DNA from: a virus
Taxonomy: Duplodnaviria > Caudoviricetes
Direction: 5' to 3' (one strand)
Length of the DNA: 64,000 bases
IMG/VR virus record: IMGVR_UViG_3300036987_000310
Coordinates: 256,001 to 320,000 of that record
The position numbers and the translations under genes are program-made. The number at the start of each line of letters is the position of its first letter. The first letter of the stretch is position 1. Shown in pieces: positions 18,292 through 27,026 of this stretch. The notes under the pieces were generated by a model. It did no database searches. It was not told the origin of the DNA and saw nothing but the letters and a program-made list of their open reading frames with translations.

Positions 18292-19241
18292 ACAAGGACA
18301 CATTGTTGCAAGTTTCCGAAATCGTGTCCCATGCCGGGTGTCCGGATGGAATTGGGGCGGCCATGATATGCAATGCCGCATACGCTTCATGCGGAATGCA
18401 CCCTCCCCCGACGAATTTCGTTCAGTACGGAACTCGCTTTCACGATAACCTCGTTTCACGCTCAAAGCAGCTTTTTGTCGACATCACACCCCCTAAGGGA
18501 CGATGGGAAGAATGGATGGGTTTGGACCCCGTCGTTCTCGATCATCACGAAACTATGATGCATGTGGTCAACTCGCTAAATGGAAAATATGGGGGCGCGG
18601 ATCACTCTGGAGCCATGTTGGCGTTTGAGAACGTCATGCTCCCTTTGGCAGGCGACTCGATGCAGAAACAAGACTTAGAGTCGTGGGAAAGACTAGCCCG
18701 TCTATGCATGGTTCGCGACACATGGAAAACAGCGTCCCCGGATTGGGACGATGCGTGCGCTCTGGCGCACGCGCTCCTCTTGTACGGCCAGAAATGGGGC
18801 GTTTCTGCTGCGATAGCTGGCAAAGTTCCTCTTGATGAGCTGCTTCCTGTCGGCGCCAAGGTTCACGATAAAATTCGACGTCAATCGAAAGGGGTTGTCA
18901 AGAATTCTCCTCGCAGAAACGTCAAGATTGGCGACGCTTCTGTCACCGTGGTTTTCTTCAATCATGCCAATGGTGGAACCATGAGCGACATCGCCCACTT
19001 CGTCATGGACTTGATGCCATGCAATGCAGTTGTCTCATACTTCTTTGTTTACGACAACGAGGAAGTACAAAACGTCGCGTCTGTTCGAACTGATGGGTGT
19101 TTTTCTGCCCGAGGACTTGCCGAGTCGTTTGGCGGTGGTGGACACAATAACTCTGCTGGATTCCGAATCCCCGGGGAGTACTCTCCGAATCAGATTATTG
19201 AAATGGTCATGGAAAGGATTGTCACGCTTCATAGCCGATAG
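18288..19241 (+). CDS. DHH/DHHA1 phosphoesterase
   Basis: H..CPDG, FVDI, LDHH, SVR, GGGGH...AG. Confidence 0.85.
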   Translation: MNKDTLLQVSEIVSHAGCPDGIGAAMICNAAYASCGMHPPPTNFVQYGTRFHDNLVSRSKQLFVDITPPKGRWEEWMGLDPVVLDHHETMMHVVNSLNGKYGGADHSGAMLAFENVMLPLAGDSMQKQDLESWERLARLCMVRDTWKTASPDWDDACALAHALLLYGQKWGVSAAIAGKVPLDELLPVGAKVHDKIRRQSKGVVKNSPRRNVKIGDASVTVVFFNHANGGTMSDIAHFVMDLMPCNAVVSYFFVYDNEEVQNVASVRTDGCFSARGLAESFGGGGHNNSAGFRIPGEYSPNQIIEMVMERIVTLHSR

Positions 19242-19250
19242 GGCAGAACG

Positions 19251-20171
19251 CTATTTGATTACCCATCGTTCGATTATTATTTGTATCAAAGTGACGATCG
19301 TCGCGATGACAGAAACAGGAATGACAACCTTCCTGCTCAGTCCCTTTGAAGTTTCTTCAGCTTGTTTGCTGAACCCTTCAGAGGATGCTTTTGCTTGCAT
19401 TTCGATCGATTTGACCGCAAGGTCGGTCGTCATTTTGACATGTCTTTCAAAAGATTCCATGCGCTTGTCGTGAATGGAATCTGTTCCTATCAGCTTCAAA
19501 ATCTCTATGCCATATTTCGTTTCAAAGTCTTGAAAAGATTTCAGCAGACCTTCCATCGCGGCATGCGTCGTTTTTGCTGCTGATGCTGCTTCTTCGGAGG
19601 CTGTCAGTGCGTCACTCATTTTGGCCTCCAAATTGAGAATGCTGTTCCCAAGTTTTTTGTCTTCTTCGTTCAAGCGAGCAATCTGAATCGAAGTCCAGTC
19701 TTTGAGCTCAGAGACTTTTCCAAAAAGGCCTAGGTGCCCGTTTGCAGCCCGCATGAAAGCCCGCATGAACACAAACGACATTCCGAATGTGCCGGTTGTT
19801 TGGATGTGATCTGTGTGCACCCATGATAGCGGGTATTCCTTGGTCGTCTCGGAAACCGCCCACCATAAAACTTTCCCGTCTGACGACTTCATGGGCCATA
19901 CTGAAGTTGTTCCCTTGTTGTTACCATCTTTTGACGTGTCTGCTTCCGCTATGGCGTCTTGAATAATCCCGTGAAACATCTCCGGCACGAGGTCTAACAA
20001 CGTCATGTGCTGTATTTGATCAAGCGTATATCCAGAGTGGTCTAAAACATAGTTGTTTGCCCACGCAACTTTTCCTTCAGCTATGTTTATTTCAAACACT
20101 CCGCAGTCTTCTTGCGCGCGGCCTTCCTCACGCATTTTCAAAATCAATTTTTGTGGTAAGATGCCCTTCAT
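19251..20171 (-). CDS. PAS domain + coiled coil + C-terminal membrane anchor protein
   Basis: VAWAN....SGYT..QIQHMTLLDLVP and SDGKVLWW (PAS); terminal hydrophobic VVIPVSVIATIVTLIQIII. Confidence 0.7.
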   Translation of the reverse strand: MKGILPQKLILKMREEGRAQEDCGVFEINIAEGKVAWANNYVLDHSGYTLDQIQHMTLLDLVPEMFHGIIQDAIAEADTSKDGNNKGTTSVWPMKSSDGKVLWWAVSETTKEYPLSWVHTDHIQTTGTFGMSFVFMRAFMRAANGHLGLFGKVSELKDWTSIQIARLNEEDKKLGNSILNLEAKMSDALTASEEAASAAKTTHAAMEGLLKSFQDFETKYGIEILKLIGTDSIHDKRMESFERHVKMTTDLAVKSIEMQAKASSEGFSKQAEETSKGLSRKVVIPVSVIATIVTLIQIIIERWVIK

Positions 20172-20213
20172 GTCAATTTTTCCGAGAAATAAAACTCTGA
20201 GGTATCGTGTTGC

Positions 20214-20540
20214 ATGGAAATGGAATGTGAAAAATGCTTTGTGTCGAACACTTGTTCAAGACGTGGGTCTAGCCCGCTTGCGTTTGGGGGACAGACGTTC
20301 AAATGCAGAATAGTCGGAGGATTCGGCAGAAAGCCGATTGACAAATCCATTTTGTCAGTTGAGTCTGTAAAGAGTTATGAAAAAGACGGCCCGTGTCTAA
20401 CTGTTGCAGAGGTTCCGACAGTCGAAGACGGACTTGTGACCTTTGCAGTGACGAAGATTTTTTCTCCGCCGTGTCTTTCTCAAAGAGAGACAAATGTGGC
20501 TGTGACGTCGTCTGACGTCACAGCCAAATCCTATAAATGA
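20214..20540 (+). CDS. Cys-rich hypothetical protein
   Basis: CEKC...C...C. Confidence 0.5.
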   Translation: MEMECEKCFVSNTCSRRGSSPLAFGGQTFKCRIVGGFGRKPIDKSILSVESVKSYEKDGPCLTVAEVPTVEDGLVTFAVTKIFSPPCLSQRETNVAVTSSDVTAKSYK

Positions 20541-21866
20541 TTACGTGTGCGCGCCGTGCAGGAGGGGTTCTACAGCGCGACACCATTTCATGAGCTGTGG
20601 ATGTCTGGCAGCAGCTAGGCGATACATTCTATATGCGATACGTCTATACGACATATGTCCGTGAGGTCGCGTTCTCAATTCGACGACGTAGTATAGCTCT
20701 CTAAGAGACATTTGGAACACTGAACGATGCAAATATCCCAATGGAATAACATACTGGGATAGATCCGGGTCGTTCATAACCTCGTCAGCGTAAGACGTCA
20801 CCGACGACATTGCCGAAGTATACTCGTGTTCCAACTCCGACCCCGCAATATCATCAGGAATTGCGAAGCCATACTGCGTGGTGAGAGGTTCAACAAACTG
20901 TTCGCACCTTCGGTGTCTTTGTAGATCCCTGAAGGCTCCATAGTCCATGACTATGTCAAAAGATACCGGCACCGTGTCAAAAATCTTCGGGACTCCCGAG
21001 TGTTCTGGTCTGGCGTCCATGTGTTTGGAGAAAGACTCCCAGTCCATTTCGTGTCGGTGTTCGACAGCTTTTACGAAAGTGTCGAACACGCCTCGGGAAT
21101 CCGATGGCAACATCGAAACACACCAGTCGGGACTTTGCGGATCGAACTGTTCGTTCAGCGGCCCGAGCGATTTCACCGCTGGTTCGAATGTATTCGGGGA
21201 CGCGTGTCTCATCAACACTGGACACATGCCGGAAACTGCCGACAGAACGTCTGATCCGATTTGTTTCAACTCCGGGTTTGTGTGTCCCAAGAGAGTGGAA
21301 ACCAGGTCTCTAGCGTCCCTGAGATTTATGACACACGCCACATTCGTGCCAGTGCCAGCCGGCAAAAGATATCTCAGGTTGTCAAATGCTCGAGCTCGAA
21401 CAACTCTGTCAACCGCCTTCGGGTCGCTTGGATCTCTTCCCATTAAAATAGCGCAACGTTTCGCCATCGGCTCTTGCAACCGTTCATATGTCGCATATAA
21501 TCGCCCTGCAAATGCTTTCATGGTCTCTGGGGCGCCCGGAGGTGTAACGAAGCTTTCCCCAGAAAATTTTTGATACCTTGTGCTCTTTTCAGAAAAGGCG
21601 GCTCTTTGCACCGTTTCCACGACTTTTGACGCCACGATAGACAGCCCCTCTATGCACACTGGGACTGTCGCAAGTTCGGCGACGGAGCTGTGCCCATACC
21701 CAATCACCCACTTGTCGTTAAATTTGTCGGCTTCTTCGGCTGTGATGCTCGCCAAAATCTCTCTGGCTGACATTGGCGAACGCGAGTATTTGGCCAGTAC
21801 AGTAGCTTGTACAGATGGGTCCAGAAGTTCCCCATTTGGGCCTGTAAGACAAAAAACATCAGACAT
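20541..21866 (-). CDS. thyX: FAD-dependent thymidylate synthase (two-domain ThyX)
   Basis: GHSSVAE, SEKSTRY, LRYLLP, RDLQRHR, ELRT...H. Confidence 0.85.
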   Translation of the reverse strand: MSDVFCLTGPNGELLDPSVQATVLAKYSRSPMSAREILASITAEEADKFNDKWVIGYGHSSVAELATVPVCIEGLSIVASKVVETVQRAAFSEKSTRYQKFSGESFVTPPGAPETMKAFAGRLYATYERLQEPMAKRCAILMGRDPSDPKAVDRVVRARAFDNLRYLLPAGTGTNVACVINLRDARDLVSTLLGHTNPELKQIGSDVLSAVSGMCPVLMRHASPNTFEPAVKSLGPLNEQFDPQSPDWCVSMLPSDSRGVFDTFVKAVEHRHEMDWESFSKHMDARPEHSGVPKIFDTVPVSFDIVMDYGAFRDLQRHRRCEQFVEPLTTQYGFAIPDDIAGSELEHEYTSAMSSVTSYADEVMNDPDLSQYVIPLGYLHRSVFQMSLRELYYVVELRTRPHGHMSYRRIAYRMYRLAAARHPQLMKWCRAVEPLLHGAHT

Positions 21867-22060
21867 GAGAGTCCTCCATGTTCAACATACAACAAAGAAT
21901 GTCTGCTCTTGGTGTCTTCCATCTCAAAGCGTTGCATACGTTTTCCGGAGTTCCAGAAGACTTTAGACCGTGGGAATGCGGTTTGTCTCCATCTGCGTTA
22001 TATAATTGTTCTTTGACATGTAGAAAACAAATGGGAGTGAAGACTCCGGAAGTCAAATGG

Positions 22061-22444
22061 ATGAGCATAAAACGGTGGGTTACGACGACTCCAGGAGGAA
22101 TACATCTTCCACCGGGGGTTTTCTTTTCCATCAAAAGAAAGGAAAAGTTTACGGCCTTGCCGAAGGCACATTTTGAGAAAAAAGAGTTTGTTCTGCTGAT
22201 GTTTCCGTACGGGAACGTGTGGAGTCAAAAAGAACTGGATGTTCCCATCGACGAAGAGTGGATGTTTTCCGAAAGTGATGGAATGACAATTTTGGAATTG
22301 TTAATGAGGAAAGATGCGGCTCATCCCGTCCGTGGCTATTTCAAGTCATGTTTCGAATATATGGAAAACAATCAAGATCAACTGTGGATACACATGAAGA
22401 GGCGTAGAAAAGAAGTTATCCCTGTTGAATCTTCAACCAACTGA
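22061..22444 (+). CDS. hypothetical protein
   Basis: 3' part of 21878..22444; start uncertain. Confidence 0.45.
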   Translation: MSIKRWVTTTPGGIHLPPGVFFSIKRKEKFTALPKAHFEKKEFVLLMFPYGNVWSQKELDVPIDEEWMFSESDGMTILELLMRKDAAHPVRGYFKSCFEYMENNQDQLWIHMKRRRKEVIPVESSTN

Positions 22445-22703
22445 GAACGGACAAAAGCCTTGCTTCCTGTTCAACCTTCAAGTCCACATCCTCTCTGCCG
22501 GATATGGCAGGAAGTGTCACAGTTACGTTTGTTTCAAATTCTTTGACCTCGACTGAAACAATTTTTATGGATTCCACTTTGTGTGGACCTACGTATGCTT
22601 GCATGGAACATGGCCATGGCCCGGGTCCGATCACTATTGTGAGCGTTTCGTCTGCAAACACTCTTGGGGGATTCATTTTTTCTTTGAAGCAAACAAAGTG
22701 CAC
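22416..22703 (-). CDS. small beta-rich hypothetical protein
   Basis: co-oriented downstream of purZ. Confidence 0.5.
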   Translation of the reverse strand: MHFVCFKEKMNPPRVFADETLTIVIGPGPWPCSMQAYVGPHKVESIKIVSVEVKEFETNVTVTLPAISGREDVDLKVEQEARLLSVLSWLKIQQG

Positions 22704-22963
22704 TTTAGCCCAGGAACCCGGCTCAAAAGTTTGAAATAACCCTCTGCTTCGGTTTTCACGCTGGGGTCCACAAGGTCTGGTTGAAGTCCGCGAAGCATGT
22801 CCATTGAGATGGCTGGCAAGAAATCGTCGGAGTCAAGATCGATTCTGAGCTTATTGACAAACCCTATCTGCTCAGAATCGACAAAAATCTTGGTGACTGG
22901 CGTAATGACGCCAGACTCAGACACGGTTATCGACAGTTTTATCTCAAATTCGACTGGTTGCAT
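22673..22963 (-). CDS. small beta-rich hypothetical protein
   Basis: AAGGA SD; co-oriented downstream of purZ. Confidence 0.55.
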   Translation of the reverse strand: MQPVEFEIKLSITVSESGVITPVTKIFVDSEQIGFVNKLRIDLDSDDFLPAISMDMLRGLQPDLVDPSVKTEAEGYFKLLSRVPGLKCTLFASKKK

Positions 22964-23056
22964 GCTTTATTGTCCTTGTGGTCCTTGTTACCACATGCAC
23001 TTTTCGGCGCATGCGCCATTGATGAACTGCTTGTTTCTCATTTTACCCTGCCGGTG

Positions 23057-24241
23057 TTACAGCAGACTTATCATGTCGTCATGATCTGCTCCGGTGCCAA
23101 TAAGAACCACCGGTATGTTCGCTGTCTCTTCGATTTTATCGATCATCGCCCTCGTTTCAACTGAGAGCTTGTTGAACGCTTCTCGCCCGCCACGCAGCCC
23201 GTTGTCGTGCCAGTTTAAATATTGCACAAAATTCAAAATCAGCTTCGTAGCCCCGTTTGTGGCGACCGCGTCTTCCAGTCCTGTCCACGAGAAGGTGCAC
23301 ACCCGTCTGACACGTTTCGTTACAGTAGTTTTTTCACGCTCTATGAGACTGCTAACTTCACTGTCTGGCATTCCGGCTTGTTTGGCTATCTGCCCCCAAG
23401 TCAATTCTTTACAGTCAGGATAGAAGTCCCCTGAATATCCAAGTTGCACACCATCTTCTTCAACATTCCCTACGCGAATGCCGAAGGTGCGGAGATTCAG
23501 ATAAACATCCCCAACATCCCTTGCCGGAATTGCCATATCATCCATGGCCTTTTGTGCCGTGCAATTCCTTGAAGTGCAGTGTGGGTAGCTCGAGCCATGA
23601 TCAATGGACAGGGCGTATCCCTGAGATCCTTCGTGCAGCCAGGTGTTTCCTTGTCGGATCATCTGTTGAACGCTTGACCTGAAGTGCGAGCCGTCGAGAA
23701 TGCGGACACAAGACGCAAACTCCTCTAGATCTACTTCCGTTCCTGTCCATTCCTCAACAGACCTCGACCCAGCAAGAAGAACTGATTCCTTCCTAAGGAT
23801 TTTATCCACCATTGCTGCGGAGCACCCCTGCATGGTGGACGCAATATGTTTTGTAGATCCAGGGCCGGTTTTTTCCATTTCGGCGTGGCTGGGAGTGACC
23901 ATGGAAGCTCTAGAGTGAATTGCGACGTTTGGCTTGCCAGTTTGGATCCACTCCGTAATGAGTCGGCTCCAATGTTCGCTGTCGGTTATGGTGATCCCAG
24001 AAGCTGGCGACAACCACCCCATGATGTCCAAAGCTTTAGCCTGTCTGAGCGCCAGAGCCGTAGGGAGGGTCTTTGCCACAAATTTATAGTTTTCGCTTTG
24101 AAAAGTGTGTCCAGCATTCGGAAAATTCGACGACGAGACGTTGTTCACACAGAATTTGTCAACAAGCCATGCCGAAACCTTTCCTTTTCCAGAACTACCC
24201 CACATTGCGTCCAACAGTATGTTAAATTTTCCTTGTTGCAT
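23057..24241 (-). CDS. purZ: PurZ-type N6-succino-2-amino-2'-deoxyadenylate synthase (PurA paralogue)
   Basis: WGSSGKGK (Ser at PurA catalytic Asp13), PNAGH, EGSQG, YPHCTSR, ELTW, TTVTKRVRRV, LNFVQY replacing PurA TKLD. Confidence 0.85.
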   Translation of the reverse strand: MQQGKFNILLDAMWGSSGKGKVSAWLVDKFCVNNVSSSNFPNAGHTFQSENYKFVAKTLPTALALRQAKALDIMGWLSPASGITITDSEHWSRLITEWIQTGKPNVAIHSRASMVTPSHAEMEKTGPGSTKHIASTMQGCSAAMVDKILRKESVLLAGSRSVEEWTGTEVDLEEFASCVRILDGSHFRSSVQQMIRQGNTWLHEGSQGYALSIDHGSSYPHCTSRNCTAQKAMDDMAIPARDVGDVYLNLRTFGIRVGNVEEDGVQLGYSGDFYPDCKELTWGQIAKQAGMPDSEVSSLIEREKTTVTKRVRRVCTFSWTGLEDAVATNGATKLILNFVQYLNWHDNGLRGGREAFNKLSVETRAMIDKIEETANIPVVLIGTGADHDDMISLL

Positions 24242-24242
24242 A

Positions 24243-24536
24243 TCACTCCTCTGGGGAAAACAAAATGCGCCCTTGATACTCTTTTACGTTTGTCAGACCG
24301 GTTGACTCAATGTCTTCTCCGTTCGGATTGAAGACAGCAAACACAAGCTCTCCATTCCCCAAGATGCCATTATGCTGTTCTGACACCTTTCCGATAAAAA
24401 TCTCGAGGGGCAAGTTGGTTCGGACCTTTAAGATCTCTGGACGATCGGCCACCCACCCGTTGGAGTTCAGATGGAGGGTTCCTGGGGGAGCTTCATATGA
24501 CTTATCAATCTGGATCACTGCAATTTTCATCTTCAA
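24243..24536 (-). CDS. hypothetical protein
   Basis: stop 1 nt before purZ start; purZ SD (AGGAG) lies in its 3' end. Confidence 0.55.
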   Translation of the reverse strand: MKMKIAVIQIDKSYEAPPGTLHLNSNGWVADRPEILKVRTNLPLEIFIGKVSEQHNGILGNGELVFAVFNPNGEDIESTGLTNVKEYQGRILFSPEE

Positions 24537-25266
24537 ACACTTCCGATTCTACCGAGGAGATGCGAATGAGGTTTTTCGTCCTCGCTATTTTTCCGAGGTC
24601 TTTCATTTCCAAATATCGAGCTATTCGAAAATTTGGATGTGATGGGTACCCAAAAGCAGCGAGTCTGGCTCCTTGAACTTCCTTAGGAGAGTACATGCGA
24701 CCAACTAGTTGGAGTTGTCTTCTCTTGTTAACGCGGTTCGCCCACCTCATTTCCAGTCTTCGCCTGATTGCCTTTTCTGTCACAAACATGACCCGGATTG
24801 TCATATCTGACGGTATTTTTCCGTTAACTCTCAGAGACACTCTACAAACGTAGTCGCAAGCCAGAGCGAACGCCTCCTGATATGAGTCTGCCCGTATCAG
24901 GACATGCGCCATTTTAAACCTAGGGGGCAGAATGACTCTCCATATTTTTGTTTCCTCGGTCACGCCAGCTTTCGGTCCAAGCAACTTCTCCAGAGTTTCT
25001 TTCCTGTAGCTCGGAAACGCTATACTCATTGCTGCATCATATAACTGTTCAAACCTTGTTTTTCCAACTTCAGACGATGGTGCTGGAATCGAATCAAGCA
25101 ACTCGATGGGAATGGTGTTGTTGACGAGCATGAGTTTCAAAAGAGAAGATAGGTACTGCTTTTCTTTCAATCCTCTGAACCGTTTAACGCATTTTTCTAC
25201 CGCGAGTGAAATCTTCTCCATGTCAATGCGGACAGTGCCGCCTTTTTGTCTCTTGGAATCGATCAT
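24505..25266 (-). CDS. basic hypothetical protein
   Basis: 253 aa from ATG 25266. Confidence 0.6.
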   Translation of the reverse strand: MIDSKRQKGGTVRIDMEKISLAVEKCVKRFRGLKEKQYLSSLLKLMLVNNTIPIELLDSIPAPSSEVGKTRFEQLYDAAMSIAFPSYRKETLEKLLGPKAGVTEETKIWRVILPPRFKMAHVLIRADSYQEAFALACDYVCRVSLRVNGKIPSDMTIRVMFVTEKAIRRRLEMRWANRVNKRRQLQLVGRMYSPKEVQGARLAAFGYPSHPNFRIARYLEMKDLGKIARTKNLIRISSVESEVFEDENCSDPD

Positions 25267-25608
25267 GCTTCTCACCTGTAGAGTGTCATGCGATGTGTAG
25301 ACTGAGAGAACATACATGACAGTACGATGCATGCCTGTTCTCTGCGGTGCTTTGTTTTTTGAACCAAGAAAACATTGTGCCGATCTGGAAAGACAGAGGC
25401 ATGACCCGAAAGATCGGAGCAAAAAGGACTGTCCAGCACTTCGGTTCACAGAAGTGCTGAACTACAACGAGTAGCCGGATCAAATCCGTAGCCCCTCGTT
25501 GGGATTTTTTCTTGCTTTTTTCTCCTTTCGATCTGCACTATTGTTAATCAATTCAATGGCAGTGAGAATGTTCCACGAGCAGAGACAGAGACGGATGAGG
25601 AAGAGTGA

Positions 25609-25851
25609 ATGCGCACGTTTTTGATTTTCCAAGACTTGCCAATGCATGTCGAATACAGGGTGGACGACATGCAGATGATTCCCGAAGGAACGGAGATTCA
25701 TTTCAAAATAGAACTTAAGCACCCTCGCGATCCAAAGAGAATTCGAAACGTGGACGGCCCTTATTTGGTTGTAAAAAGGCGGCTCATTTTTTCGTCAGAA
25801 AAATCTAGTGCTCGGGGACTTACTCAGTATCTTGAGTTGGATGCTGTGTAA
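25609..25851 (+). CDS. small hypothetical protein
   Basis: 80-aa ORF. Confidence 0.5.
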   Translation: MRTFLIFQDLPMHVEYRVDDMQMIPEGTEIHFKIELKHPRDPKRIRNVDGPYLVVKRRLIFSSEKSSARGLTQYLELDAV

Positions 25852-25861
25852 AATGACAATA

Positions 25862-25900
25862 CATTACAGTTCATGTAATGCCATAAGTAGAACTGTAATG
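25862..25900. promoter_or_regulatory. 11-bp perfect inverted repeat (operator-like)
   Basis: cattacagttc (25862-25872) / gaactgtaatg (25890-25900) in AT-rich intergenic DNA. Confidence 0.55.
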
Positions 25901-25938
25901 GAGTTCAAGTCTCGAGTTTAACAAGATTGGAGGACAAC

Positions 25939-26931
25939 ATGAAGAGATACACTCTCCATGTGTTTGTGGTGACTTTTGTTGTTTTTGCGTTTTCTTGTTT
26001 GTCAGCTAATGCTGGCGGTCCAGGCATGCCTGGAGGAAACGTAGCTGAAACAGCTCCTGAACCGGATGTTTCCGGTGACGCGACTCCTGCCCGTCAACCG
26101 AGTGTTTTTGATGTTCAACAATGGGCAGTTGAACGAATGGTCGCATGGTCAAAGCCCGGCGTCACTCTACACCCTCCTGCTATGGAGTCGTTTGAAGAGG
26201 GGAAAGCAAGATATGGGTTGATAGCGAACGCAGTGTTCCAGGCAGTTGTTCAAAACAAACCGGTCTTCAGCGGGTCAAAAGCTCGTGTTAGAACAGCTGC
26301 CTTAATACTAGCTGTGTCCATGTTTGAAAGTGCATATAGAAAAGACGTCGACATGAACCTCGGAAAAGAAGGTCGGGGCGACAACGGTCGTTCTTGGTGT
26401 CTGATGCAAATTCAGCTCGGATCTCCCATATGGATCGACTCTTCTGGAAAGCGAGTAAACCTTGTTCAAGTCTGCACTGAAGAGGTGTCCGACAGCGGGA
26501 AAATAGTTAAAAACTGCAGATACGACCCGCCTCTTGGCGCTGTTGCATCGACGCCTTCTCGCGTTGTTTTTGTCGGGGATGGTTACGAGATTACTTCAGA
26601 TCAAACTCGCGGCTATAGTGGTCAAGATTTGGTTTCAGATAGAGAGTTGTGTTTTTCCACGGGTCTTCGGATTATGAGAAGGTCTTTTTCAGCATGCAAA
26701 AACCTTCCTCTTTCTGATAGGTTGAGCGCGTATGCGTCAGGTAACTGCGAGAATGGAAGAGAAGCCTCGAGGAGGCGCATGGCTGTGGCAATCAGATGGA
26801 TGGCACAGCATCCTTCTCCGGTAAACGATGATCAGCTCGTTCGGCTTTTTTCCACCCGTTCCGTAAATGTTCCACCTGCCCCGAGGGAATCGTCAGAAAA
26901 GACATCAGAAAGCATTGCGCTTTTGCCGTGA
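25939..26931 (+). CDS. secreted lytic transglycosylase/lysozyme-like protein
   Basis: signal-peptide-like N-terminus ending ANA; AVSMFES (catalytic Glu) and SWCLMQI; GGAGG SD. Confidence 0.7.
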   Translation: MKRYTLHVFVVTFVVFAFSCLSANAGGPGMPGGNVAETAPEPDVSGDATPARQPSVFDVQQWAVERMVAWSKPGVTLHPPAMESFEEGKARYGLIANAVFQAVVQNKPVFSGSKARVRTAALILAVSMFESAYRKDVDMNLGKEGRGDNGRSWCLMQIQLGSPIWIDSSGKRVNLVQVCTEEVSDSGKIVKNCRYDPPLGAVASTPSRVVFVGDGYEITSDQTRGYSGQDLVSDRELCFSTGLRIMRRSFSACKNLPLSDRLSAYASGNCENGREASRRRMAVAIRWMAQHPSPVNDDQLVRLFSTRSVNVPPAPRESSEKTSESIALLP

Positions 26932-27026
26932 TCGTGGTATGTTTGTCTGAGCGTAGGGGGCGTAAACTCGTCCCCTTGGTCGGTACCCGGTAAGTCGGCA
27001 CGTCGAGTGCCGCATGGAGGCAAGAC

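Noticed and set aside
23057-24241. Ordinary adenylosuccinate synthetase (purA) auxiliary metabolic gene
   Set aside because: The catalytic Asp is Ser and the TKLD GTP-specificity motif is replaced by NFxxY, both PurZ signatures.
16338-25266. DatZ (HD dATPase) or MazZ near purZ
   Set aside because: No HD-domain H...HD...D pattern or MazG ExxE..E..D pattern seen in any ORF here; absence applies to this window only.
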